NCBI GenBank assembly: GCA_041660005.1
Contig: JBAZXG010000003.1
Span: forward strand, 835 to 64,834
Length of the DNA: 64,000 bases
Reading direction: 5' to 3'
DNA from: Patescibacteria group bacterium
GTDB lineage: Bacteria; Patescibacteriota; Patescibacteriia; GWA2-46-9
The notes below the pieces were generated by a model. It had not been told where the DNA came from. It was given only the letters and a program-made list of their open reading frames with translations, and made no database searches. The translations under genes were made by a program, and so were the position numbers. Below are positions 44,074-53,626 of this stretch, piece after piece (position 1 is the stretch's first letter; every line of letters starts with the position of its first letter).

Positions 44074-47000
44074 ATGGCCGTGCGCCAGCGTCGAGCTGTT
44101 CCTAATTCTAGAAGTAAAAAGATACATCGAGATAAATTTTCGGTGTCGTTTCGTATTCAGGCAGCTGTCCTTGGAGTAGTGATATTACTGGGCGTACTGG
44201 TAAACAACATTAAATTCGGAGAGAGCGCACAGTCAACTTTTCAGCAGACAAGCTGGACGGGTCAATCGAAGGGAACCACTGAAGTCACTACTTCCCCATG
44301 GGTTGATTTTTCAACTACTGATGCTAGTGACGCTAATATCGACAGAACGTCTGGTCTTCGGTTGAAATATACCTCCTCGTCGCAGTCGGTAACAACAAAA
44401 GCCGCCTTTGATGCTGCAAGTCCTTTGTACACCAAAACGAAATCAGTAAGCGGTTCAGGAGACGATGGCTCAGTGCAGCTTGACGGTGATGCCGCATGGG
44501 TGCCGCTAAGTACGCAGTCAAGTTTGGGCGCTCTTACTAATGGCAGTGTTCTGGCGGCCGATGGTTCGCGCTACCTTTACGCAGTCGTAGGAGGCGCAAA
44601 AACTTTATACCGTTTTGACACGACAGCAGCGTCACCCAGTTGGACGTCACTTGGTAACTATCCTTTTACCGATGTTTCAAACCAAGGAGCAGCCATGGTG
44701 TATGCAAATAATGCTTTGTATTTAAACAATGGCACTGGTAAAGGCATCTACCGCTATACCATTAACGCTAACGGTTCTGGATCGTGGAGTACGCTCGGGG
44801 CTGTGAAAGATGCTTATTATAATTTTGGCGCCGGTGGGGGACTAGTATGGAATGGCGGTAATTATATCTACCACGTAAGTGGTTATTATGCTGGCCCTTC
44901 TTTTGAAGTTTATTCAATTAGTGCGAACACCTGGACAAAACTTAGTAATTCTCCTGTGGGTGTGGCTGATGGAAGTGCTTTTGCTTATGATACGGTTTCG
45001 CAGGCGCTCTACCTCGGTATAGGCGGCACCGCTTCTATTTATCGGTTTAAACCTGTAAATCCGAATAGTCCCGCCTTGAGTGATAGTTGGCAGCAGACGG
45101 TTTACGCAAGCCTACCAGTCACGCTAGGTCTCGGGTCTTTATTTATATCCGGACCGTCTGGGTCAATTTATGCACTGACCGGCGGATCAGCAGGAAACTT
45201 TCTTAAAAGTGCTTCCAATGGGTCGTCGTGGGCAACAATTGTTCCTGCGCTTGGCGCTATGGCAAAGGGTGCTGGCGGAATCTATATAGCGAACAGTGGT
45301 CGATTTTATGCCTTTAGGGGCGGAGCTGCGGAATTAGATACCTGGAAGGCAATGCCTATAGCGCCGGCATTCGGTACCTACGAATCTGGTGCGATAGACT
45401 TTAGTGCAGCGCGACGGTTCACGAGCGTTCAGTTGGATAGCGATATTCCGTCCGGTACTTCAATGACGCTCGAGGTGCAAGCGCGACAGACTGCTACGAG
45501 TGCCTGGAGTGCTTGGTCACCCATTACAATCACGAGTAACAGTGGTTCACTCAGCGCCAGCGATTATCAGGGAGTTCAGTACCTGAAGTTTCGCATAACG
45601 TTAAGAACAAATAGCTCTACTGTGACACCGAAACTGCGCGGTATTACATTTAGCTACGCTAACTATGCTACGAGTACCTACCTTGATTCGTCACCCTATA
45701 AAATGGGTACTACTGCTCAAGGTCCCGCCATTGTACAGCTCAAGTGGAGAGAAATTATCCCCGCAGCGTCAAACACTACGGTGAGATTACAGTTAAGGAC
45801 CAGGAGTACAAAAGATTTTACCGATGGGGTGAGTGGTGATAAATGGTATGGTTCTGGAAACACCGAAGGAGAGGTATTTACGGCGAGTAATAGTGGATGC
45901 ACGAGAACACCGGTGAGTGGAAATGAATATGAAGTAAGCTGTAATGTGAATGCTACGAGTCCGCTTAATAATTCCAGTACGTCGTACGTTCAGTATAGAG
46001 TTAAATTAGATTCACCTGATGCAAACGCAACTCCAACCGTAACCAGCGTATCCGTTGTTTATGATATCAATGCTTCGCCTGTTGTCAGTAATGTTACTGT
46101 CGTCGGACAGGATGCATCTGGTCTTGCGACATTTACCTATAAAGTCATTGACAACGATGCAGCGGATTCGAATTTTGCTGTTGGGCTCTATTATGATCTT
46201 GGTATTCGTTTGCCCTCAAGTATTGGCAGCGGCGTTGGTTCAATCACTGTCTCTGTTCCTGGCACTGCACAGCTTTCCGCATTGCTACCCCCCGATGGAG
46301 TACTGCTCATTGAGAACGAGCAGATTCTGTATCGTACGATTTCCGGAAATCAGTTCGTCATAGATACAGCGTCTGATCGTGGTGCTTTCCAAACAATTGC
46401 AACAGCGCACAACCCCGGGGGAACACCATTGACGGTCTGGATTCGAGCTACTGATTCTGAAGTTGGTAATAAGTTCAATGTCCAATCGTATGTAAATGGT
46501 GACGTAGGTAGTAGTGTCAGCTGCACGAGCAAATTCACTCCTTGTTCAAAAACGATTACTTGGCGCCCGGCTTTGGATCTTACCGCCAAGGTTTATTTGT
46601 CTGGTCAAAATATTAAAGTTGCTGCTAATGACAAGCATGCAGTTAATAGCGTTGGCGGCGCAGCTTTGGTGTCGCCAGCAACGTTTACGCTGGACACTAT
46701 AGCTCCACAGCTCTCAGCTACGCCAATGAGAATTGTCGGTAGTGCGGTTGCTGGGACAACAACGGGGTTAAAATCATCTACAAAAAGTGTTGCCTTAGCG
46801 ATCGAGTCTCCAAACGTGACTGGTGACAATCCATTGTCTAGCACAAAGTATTCAGTGTGTGACGAAGTGACTGGAAGCGGGACGTGCGGCACATTTTCAG
46901 TGGATGCATCTGGAGGAGTACCATCCGGATGGTTAGCGTTGAGTTCGTTTAGCAACTTAACTTCATGTCCTGCATTATCTCCAACGCTTCCACCTTTAGG

Positions 47001-50000
47001 TAGTGGTGTTAGCTGTTCTTCATTTGTGCTTGCTGGTGCAGGAGAGCGCACTGTTCAATTCGCTGCAGTGGACAACGTTGGTAATAGTAAGCGTGGAAGT
47101 GCGGACATCATTGTTGATCAAACGCCGCCGGTAACACCAGCCAACTTTTCTGCACAGGATGCTTCGAACCAGACAGTTGGAGCTCTCGTTTACCTGCGAT
47201 GGGATGCGCTTACTCCAGCGAGCGTTACCGACGCATCAGGAAACGGAGATTTTGCTCAGTACCTTATTTATAGAAACAATAGGGCAGACGCTAGTTCAGG
47301 GTGCAGTTCCTCAGCAACAACTTTTTGTTTGCTGACAAAGGTAACGAATATCGTGACCGGAACTTTTGCCGATTCAGACGTGGCTGCTGCAACGAGCTAT
47401 CAGTATAAAATTATTGCTGAAGACAATATTGGGAACGATTCGTCAACGCTTAGTAGTGCAACACCGACTTCAGCCGTAACACCGACGCCTGCCGGACAGG
47501 CCGTCGCGCCGACCCCACAAATAACCAATGTCGTTCTTGGTACGCCTGATACAAGTTCAGTCAAGGTTAGTTGGGATACAACAAATTCTGTTAGCGACGC
47601 ATCCGTTATTTACGCTGGTACAGCAAGCGCACCTGTTAGTTTTTCCGGTTATCCCTCTCAGGGTGACCCTACGGTTACCGATACGCATACGGTTACTCTT
47701 GTTGGACTGTCGGCCGATACAACCTATTATTTACAGCTTCGTTCTGTTGCACCCGGAAACGATACACCGGGGACCTATCCAGGCGCCGGACAGCCGGACT
47801 TAATGTTTAAAACAAAACCATTACCGCTCGTAGAGCGCCCAACCATTACTCCGGGATCTCCCTTGGTGTCACCAAATGAGACAAGTGCGGTGTTCAAGTG
47901 GACGACCGGAAGTAGCGAGTCAGCTTCTGATTCTTTTGTTGAATACGGCTTGAATTCGGCCCTTGGTTCTTACTATGGGACTCGGGCAACAGGTGTGGTT
48001 CACGACGTAATTGTTCCCGCGTTAACATCGGCAACAAAATATTTCTTCCGTGTGCGCTCAGCTATTCCGGGTGGCGGCGAAAAAGCGTACCCGACAACTG
48101 CACCGGATCCAGAAATGACGCCGCTTGATTTTACGACACTGCAACCGACGAACGATACAACCGCTCCAGAGCCGACCAATATACAGGTTCCTTCTCAGTC
48201 AGTTAGCGATACAACCGCAATTGTCACTTGGCACACCTTGGAACCGGCGGTGCCTTTTGTTGAATTTTGGCGAGTAGACGATCCAACAACGCACCGGGTA
48301 CTACCGTCGACTCCCGGGGACGAAACATCCAGTGCTAGTATTCTTTTGTCCAGTCTTGATCCAGATACAGAGTATCAGTTCATTGCCATTTCAAGAGATG
48401 CTGCGGGTAATTCTGGCAGGTCCGCGGTTCAGCCGTCATTCAGAACCAGCAAAGATCCACGCTATACTTCTGATCCAGTCATTACGACGATTCACAACGA
48501 TCCTGCAGGTGTCTCTACCGTTACTATCTACTTCAACACTGACCAGGCGACCACTGCCGTTGTTCGTTACTCTTCAGATACTGATCCAACACCATACTCT
48601 CGGTCGCAAAGTTTTCCGTCGTTTGTTGAGGGGGAGCATGCAGTCACACTTCTTGGATTAACTTCAGGGACACCGTACGTTTATAAGGTTGAGACAACGA
48701 ACCCAAGCGGTGGCAATGCTTCTAGTAGCAACTGTAGCGGTGTAAGTGACAGCTGTAGTTTTGCGACTAACATAGCACAAGGTGAGCTGCCGGACATCAT
48801 TGTTCCGTCTATCAGAGTAACGAAAGATGCGGACAAGGCAAATCTTGTCACTATCTCGTGGGAAACAAGTCAGGCGGGAAATTCGCTTGTTGAGTTTGGT
48901 CAAGACGCCGTTGACGGAGTGCCGCAATACGGCAGAACGTTTGGGTTTGTGCGCGACAGCGCCACTATTCACTCTGTTACCTTGCCGAATGACCTACTAG
49001 AGGGTCAAACTTATTACTTCCGTCTACGGACCGAGGATAGAGCTGGCCAGTTAGCAGTATTTCCAGTGACTGCCGATCTCACTGATACGTCATGTAATAA
49101 CCCAAATCCTGCCGCTAGTACTTGTAAAAACCCGACGTTTAGCACAGTCGACACTGGACTTGTCCAGATCGGTGAAAAAATTAGTCCGCCAGTCATTACC
49201 GGAGTTGCCCCGCTACTTGTCACAAATACGAAAGTCGTTATTGGATGGACAACGGATAAACCAGCGACTTCTGAAGTCTTTCTTGGCACTTCAACACTTT
49301 TTGCATCAGACCCAACAGCGTCAGACGACACACTGACAACAGTGCACGCAGTAACCATTGACGGCTTGCAGTCAAGTACGCCATATTATTTCGCTATCGC
49401 TTCAGTTGATAGAAATAAACAACGGCAATCGGATGACAATAAGGGAGAGGCGTACACTTTTACAACAAATGCGGGGACTAAAATTGGCGATAATCAGGGT
49501 CAACAAGGGGTACAGGGTGTTGTGAAAACAGATCTTTTGCCACCGGTGATCTCGGGTATTAGCGTTACTGGTATTACAGATTTTGGAGCCACTATAACCT
49601 GGGTAACCAATGAACATGCGACATCGCTCGTGCAATATGGCGAAGATACTACCTACGGTTCAATTTTTGGGGATTCAGCGAATCTGACTTCTGAGCATTC
49701 TGTAACGTTGGTCGGCCTTACTGGCGGCACACAATATCATTTCTCGATTATCGCCTATGACGGAGACGGGAACCGCGCATTTAGTTCTGACGATACTTTT
49801 ACAACAACCGGGGAGCCGGGCAAAAAAGAGGAGACCGATACAGAGAAAACCGACAAAAATAAAACTGACAAAGAGCAGAATACAGAAAAAACCAATGATA
49901 CTGAAAATGCAGACACATTGACGGCTATTGAAAAAACGATTCGTGAGCTGAGCCAGGATAAGCAATTGTCATTGCAAAAAATTATCGAACTACTAAAAGA

Positions 50001-51030
50001 CTTTGACGAAACAGATGCCTCGAAGATTCTTGACACCGTCGGTCTACAAATGGTTGCACCACCGCAATTTGTTGGTGGTGCTCCTCGGGTAACGGTAACC
50101 ACTGATTCCGCGACCATTCACTGGACGACAGATAAACCGTCGGACAGTCGTATCGCTTTTGCTAGCGATCTCGATTATGCGCCAACGGCAAGTGATCCCT
50201 ATGGAATAGAAATAGGGGACACTGAAACATATATAAGGGACCATGAAATCGTCATTTCAAATTTAACGCCCAATACGGTCTATCATTATCAGGTGCGTTC
50301 TCGGGAGCGTGTCGGTAGATCAGCGCGTTCCATCGATAGGACTTTTAAAACATTAGCGCTGCAACCGGAAATCAAAAAATTAGCAGTAGGTAAAGTGACA
50401 GAGAATAGTATTACCTTAACCTGGCGAACAAATGTTCCTGTCAAATCAGTAATTAGTTATACAAATAAAACCACCAAAGAAGAACTTTCTCAGGGGAATC
50501 CTCAGTTTTTAACCTTACACAGTTTCGAATTGAAGAATTTGAACGGGGACACTCTCTATACTATGCGGGTTGTTGTTGAAGATGAATCTGGTTTAACGTC
50601 TACGTCGGAGGTAATAAGTGCAAGAACCACCAAGGATGAAAAGCCTCCCGTCATTGATCAAGTACGAACCGAGGTGAGCTTGGCAGGCGAAGAGGGAAGT
50701 TTTGCGCAAGCTATTGTTTCATGGAAAACCGACGAACCATCTGCATCGCAGATTGCCTTCGAAGAAGGGATTACAAAATCGGATACACTCGCCAATAGTA
50801 CGGAGTTACTGTCGGAGCTTTCTTTAAGCCATGTCATGGTACTGGGTAAGTTGCGCCCGGCGACAGTCTATCGTTTCCGGGTTCTTGGTAGCGACTCGTC
50901 TGGTAATAAAGCTGCGTCGCGTGACTACACTTTACTAACACCTCAAAGGAAGCAGTCGGTTTTGGGAATCATCATTAATAATTTTGAGCAGACCTTTGGG
51001 TTCTTGCGTTTCCTTGGGTGGTCGCCGTAA
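44074..51030 (+). CDS. Giant (2318 aa) surface protein: N-terminal TM, Kelch-like beta-propeller, beta-sandwich modules, ~11 FN3-like repeats, amphipathic C-terminus
   Basis: Kelch-like YxxxGG...W repeats in aa ~140-430; recurring P.I..V....ATI.W.T.....S.V.YG...H.V.L..L...T.Y.F FN3-like units; S/T-rich; many paired Cys. Confidence 0.88.
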   Translation: MAVRQRRAVPNSRSKKIHRDKFSVSFRIQAAVLGVVILLGVLVNNIKFGESAQSTFQQTSWTGQSKGTTEVTTSPWVDFSTTDASDANIDRTSGLRLKYTSSSQSVTTKAAFDAASPLYTKTKSVSGSGDDGSVQLDGDAAWVPLSTQSSLGALTNGSVLAADGSRYLYAVVGGAKTLYRFDTTAASPSWTSLGNYPFTDVSNQGAAMVYANNALYLNNGTGKGIYRYTINANGSGSWSTLGAVKDAYYNFGAGGGLVWNGGNYIYHVSGYYAGPSFEVYSISANTWTKLSNSPVGVADGSAFAYDTVSQALYLGIGGTASIYRFKPVNPNSPALSDSWQQTVYASLPVTLGLGSLFISGPSGSIYALTGGSAGNFLKSASNGSSWATIVPALGAMAKGAGGIYIANSGRFYAFRGGAAELDTWKAMPIAPAFGTYESGAIDFSAARRFTSVQLDSDIPSGTSMTLEVQARQTATSAWSAWSPITITSNSGSLSASDYQGVQYLKFRITLRTNSSTVTPKLRGITFSYANYATSTYLDSSPYKMGTTAQGPAIVQLKWREIIPAASNTTVRLQLRTRSTKDFTDGVSGDKWYGSGNTEGEVFTASNSGCTRTPVSGNEYEVSCNVNATSPLNNSSTSYVQYRVKLDSPDANATPTVTSVSVVYDINASPVVSNVTVVGQDASGLATFTYKVIDNDAADSNFAVGLYYDLGIRLPSSIGSGVGSITVSVPGTAQLSALLPPDGVLLIENEQILYRTISGNQFVIDTASDRGAFQTIATAHNPGGTPLTVWIRATDSEVGNKFNVQSYVNGDVGSSVSCTSKFTPCSKTITWRPALDLTAKVYLSGQNIKVAANDKHAVNSVGGAALVSPATFTLDTIAPQLSATPMRIVGSAVAGTTTGLKSSTKSVALAIESPNVTGDNPLSSTKYSVCDEVTGSGTCGTFSVDASGGVPSGWLALSSFSNLTSCPALSPTLPPLGSGVSCSSFVLAGAGERTVQFAAVDNVGNSKRGSADIIVDQTPPVTPANFSAQDASNQTVGALVYLRWDALTPASVTDASGNGDFAQYLIYRNNRADASSGCSSSATTFCLLTKVTNIVTGTFADSDVAAATSYQYKIIAEDNIGNDSSTLSSATPTSAVTPTPAGQAVAPTPQITNVVLGTPDTSSVKVSWDTTNSVSDASVIYAGTASAPVSFSGYPSQGDPTVTDTHTVTLVGLSADTTYYLQLRSVAPGNDTPGTYPGAGQPDLMFKTKPLPLVERPTITPGSPLVSPNETSAVFKWTTGSSESASDSFVEYGLNSALGSYYGTRATGVVHDVIVPALTSATKYFFRVRSAIPGGGEKAYPTTAPDPEMTPLDFTTLQPTNDTTAPEPTNIQVPSQSVSDTTAIVTWHTLEPAVPFVEFWRVDDPTTHRVLPSTPGDETSSASILLSSLDPDTEYQFIAISRDAAGNSGRSAVQPSFRTSKDPRYTSDPVITTIHNDPAGVSTVTIYFNTDQATTAVVRYSSDTDPTPYSRSQSFPSFVEGEHAVTLLGLTSGTPYVYKVETTNPSGGNASSSNCSGVSDSCSFATNIAQGELPDIIVPSIRVTKDADKANLVTISWETSQAGNSLVEFGQDAVDGVPQYGRTFGFVRDSATIHSVTLPNDLLEGQTYYFRLRTEDRAGQLAVFPVTADLTDTSCNNPNPAASTCKNPTFSTVDTGLVQIGEKISPPVITGVAPLLVTNTKVVIGWTTDKPATSEVFLGTSTLFASDPTASDDTLTTVHAVTIDGLQSSTPYYFAIASVDRNKQRQSDDNKGEAYTFTTNAGTKIGDNQGQQGVQGVVKTDLLPPVISGISVTGITDFGATITWVTNEHATSLVQYGEDTTYGSIFGDSANLTSEHSVTLVGLTGGTQYHFSIIAYDGDGNRAFSSDDTFTTTGEPGKKEETDTEKTDKNKTDKEQNTEKTNDTENADTLTAIEKTIRELSQDKQLSLQKIIELLKDFDETDASKILDTVGLQMVAPPQFVGGAPRVTVTTDSATIHWTTDKPSDSRIAFASDLDYAPTASDPYGIEIGDTETYIRDHEIVISNLTPNTVYHYQVRSRERVGRSARSIDRTFKTLALQPEIKKLAVGKVTENSITLTWRTNVPVKSVISYTNKTTKEELSQGNPQFLTLHSFELKNLNGDTLYTMRVVVEDESGLTSTSEVISARTTKDEKPPVIDQVRTEVSLAGEEGSFAQAIVSWKTDEPSASQIAFEEGITKSDTLANSTELLSELSLSHVMVLGKLRPATVYRFRVLGSDSSGNKAASRDYTLLTPQRKQSVLGIIINNFEQTFGFLRFLGWSP

Positions 51031-51032
51031 TT

Positions 51033-52391
51033 ATGCGAGAGTCGATTATTAAAATCACTGATGTTTGCGTTACTTATAATCAGGGTAAGCTCGGGGAAAC
51101 GAACGCACTGAAAAGTGTTAGTTTAGAAATATTTCCCGAGGAGTATGTGATTTTTTTTGGGCCGTCTGGTTGCGGAAAGTCGACACTGCTTTACACGATG
51201 GCAGGTCTTGAAACGCCGAACAGCGGAGTAGTTAATGTTGCGGGCAAAGATTTAGCGAAGTTGCCAGCGCGTGAGCTTGTTCAATACCACCGGACAAAAT
51301 TGGGCATGATTTTTCAGGCGTTCTATTTAATTCCGTCACTTAGCGTGCTTGACAATGTAGTACTGCCGCAGATGTTTATTCGAAAAGCACCGCATGAACG
51401 TAAAGAACATGCTATGCAGGTGCTGAAAAGGTTTGGCATTGATCAGTTTGCCGACCATTTACCAACCGAACTTTCTGGCGGACAGCAACAACGCGTGGCC
51501 ATCTGCAGGGCGGTAATGAATAACCCCGATATTGTTTTTGCTGATGAGCCAGTAGGAAATCTTGATTCTGTGGCTTCTGAGAAAGTTATGGAACTTCTTT
51601 ATGAACTAAACTCAAAAGATAAAAAAACTGTCGTTCTGGTTACCCACGACTCTCGTTATTTGCGTTTTGCTCATAGAATAATCTACCTGAGGGATGGCGA
51701 GATAGTGCGCGAGGTAACCAATACAGAACGTTTACAGCTGCGTGAGGAGAAAATTAAGCCTTTTGTGCCACACGCGCTTGAAGAGTTTGCTCGGTACTAT
51801 CCAAACCTTGGTGAGTCTGAGCTTAAGGCAAAATTTTTAAGTCATTATTTGCTCGACCTAGCGGAAGAACGTCTGCAGGAGCGATTAGAAACACTTGTTC
51901 ACAAGCGCACCGTTGGTGAAGTTACCCGAGAACAATTTATTTCCCGAGCCAATACGCCATTTATTGAAGGCGGCGTCGGCCTCTATGAGCAAACTGCCGA
52001 GCATATTGCTGACAATCTTGATGCGGTTTTGGAGGAGTCGCGCTTTATTAGGGAGCATTTTAAGAACTTTCCTGAAAGTTATGAACTTTTGCAGCAGGGA
52101 ATTGCTCGCCTCAAGGCTCGTCTTTTGGAGCATTACCACGGCCATTTGACTCAAGAACAAAGCGATCGACTTGATCAAAGTATTAAAGCTCGGCTTGAAG
52201 GGTCTTTAGACCATCGACAGCTGAAAGATGTTCTTGATCGTCCTTTTAAGGATGGCGGTGTCGGGCTTCATTATCAAACTGCTCAAGATTTTGGTAGACG
52301 CCTTGAGGTTTACTTGATTGATTACAGTACTGAGGCGCCTAAAGTGACGGATGTCGTTCAGGAGACGGCATTGCAAGGTAAAATTCTATGA
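51033..52391 (+). CDS. LolD/MacB-type ABC ATPase with ~220-aa duplicated C-terminal extension
   Basis: GPSGCGKS, LSGGQQQR, FADEPVGNLD, VTHD; extension repeats PF..GGVGL..QTA twice. Confidence 0.9.
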   Translation: MRESIIKITDVCVTYNQGKLGETNALKSVSLEIFPEEYVIFFGPSGCGKSTLLYTMAGLETPNSGVVNVAGKDLAKLPARELVQYHRTKLGMIFQAFYLIPSLSVLDNVVLPQMFIRKAPHERKEHAMQVLKRFGIDQFADHLPTELSGGQQQRVAICRAVMNNPDIVFADEPVGNLDSVASEKVMELLYELNSKDKKTVVLVTHDSRYLRFAHRIIYLRDGEIVREVTNTERLQLREEKIKPFVPHALEEFARYYPNLGESELKAKFLSHYLLDLAEERLQERLETLVHKRTVGEVTREQFISRANTPFIEGGVGLYEQTAEHIADNLDAVLEESRFIREHFKNFPESYELLQQGIARLKARLLEHYHGHLTQEQSDRLDQSIKARLEGSLDHRQLKDVLDRPFKDGGVGLHYQTAQDFGRRLEVYLIDYSTEAPKVTDVVQETALQGKIL

Positions 52392-53608
52392 TGCGACCCC
52401 TTGATCTTCTCCAACTTTCAACGCGTATGTTTAAAACGCGACCCATGCGCACCTGGCTGACGATCCTTGGTGTTGGCGTAGGCATTGCGGCAACGTTTTT
52501 TCTCGTCAGTCTTGGGTATGGCTTGCAGACATTACTATTTAATCAAATAACTACTTCAGAGTCTCTCTTGAGTCTTGATGTCTACCCACCCGACTCCAAT
52601 ATCGTTCCATTGAATGATGCACTACTGCGAACAATAGAAGAGATGCCATCAGTTAACGAAGTCAGTCCCGTGGCGAACCTCCCGGCTCAGATAACACTGA
52701 ATGGTTTTACTGGAGATACTCTTGCCCAAATTGTTACTCCATCGTTCTTTAAGCTTGATGGTCTCAAGACACAATATGGTTCATTTTTCACTGCATCGGA
52801 CACTAAACAGGTCGTGGTAAGTTCAACGGTTTTGAAACTTTTGAATATTGAACCCGCTGAGATTATAGGAAAATCCCTTGATATTACTTTCTTTTTGCCA
52901 CCCGTGCCGGCAGCCGATCATAGTGTTTCAACGCCCGGGCAAGCTGAAGTGAACGTTCAGCAGCAGCGGACGCTGACGGTTGTCGGCGTAATTCAAGATG
53001 ACCTTTCAAGCCAAATTTATCTTTCCTATGATTCGCTACCTGAATTTCGTCCGTCAGTATACACGCAGGCAAAGGTTAGAGTTGCCTCAACCGATGTTCT
53101 CGATGATGTTCGCCAGAAAATTAAGGAGAACGGTTTAACCGTTGTTGCATTGTCGGACACCATTGCTGAGGCGACAAAAATATTTAAAGCTATTCAAATA
53201 ATTTTAGCTCTTTTTGGTATCGTGGCTCTGGTAGTGGCTGCCATCGGTATGTTCAATACGGTTACGATTGCACTACTGGAAAGAACTCAAGAGATTGGTA
53301 TTATGCGTTCGATTGGCGCAGCGCGGGCAGATATGATGGTAATGTTTTTAACGGAGTCTGCCTTAATGGGTTTCTTTGGAGGTGTGACTGGCCTCATCAT
53401 GGGATACGTTGGTGGAGAAGTTTTCAATTGGCTGCTGAATATTTTAGCCACACGCCTCGGTAGTCCTCCTTTGCAGCTTTTCGTTCGTCCATTGTGGTTT
53501 ATTTTGACCATTGCGGTGTCCTCCGCATTTATCGGATTGTGCACAGGTATTTTGCCGGCACGACGAGCTGCCAAGCTTAATACTCTGGAAGCGCTGCGCT
53601 ACAAGTAG
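52388..53608 (+). CDS. MacB/FtsX-family ABC permease
   Basis: RTWLTILGVGVGIA, large extracytoplasmic loop, ERTQEIGIMRSIGA, PARRAAKL...EALRY. Confidence 0.92.
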   Translation: MMRPLDLLQLSTRMFKTRPMRTWLTILGVGVGIAATFFLVSLGYGLQTLLFNQITTSESLLSLDVYPPDSNIVPLNDALLRTIEEMPSVNEVSPVANLPAQITLNGFTGDTLAQIVTPSFFKLDGLKTQYGSFFTASDTKQVVVSSTVLKLLNIEPAEIIGKSLDITFFLPPVPAADHSVSTPGQAEVNVQQQRTLTVVGVIQDDLSSQIYLSYDSLPEFRPSVYTQAKVRVASTDVLDDVRQKIKENGLTVVALSDTIAEATKIFKAIQIILALFGIVALVVAAIGMFNTVTIALLERTQEIGIMRSIGAARADMMVMFLTESALMGFFGGVTGLIMGYVGGEVFNWLLNILATRLGSPPLQLFVRPLWFILTIAVSSAFIGLCTGILPARRAAKLNTLEALRYK

Positions 53609-53626
53609 AAATTCAATAATTGAACT

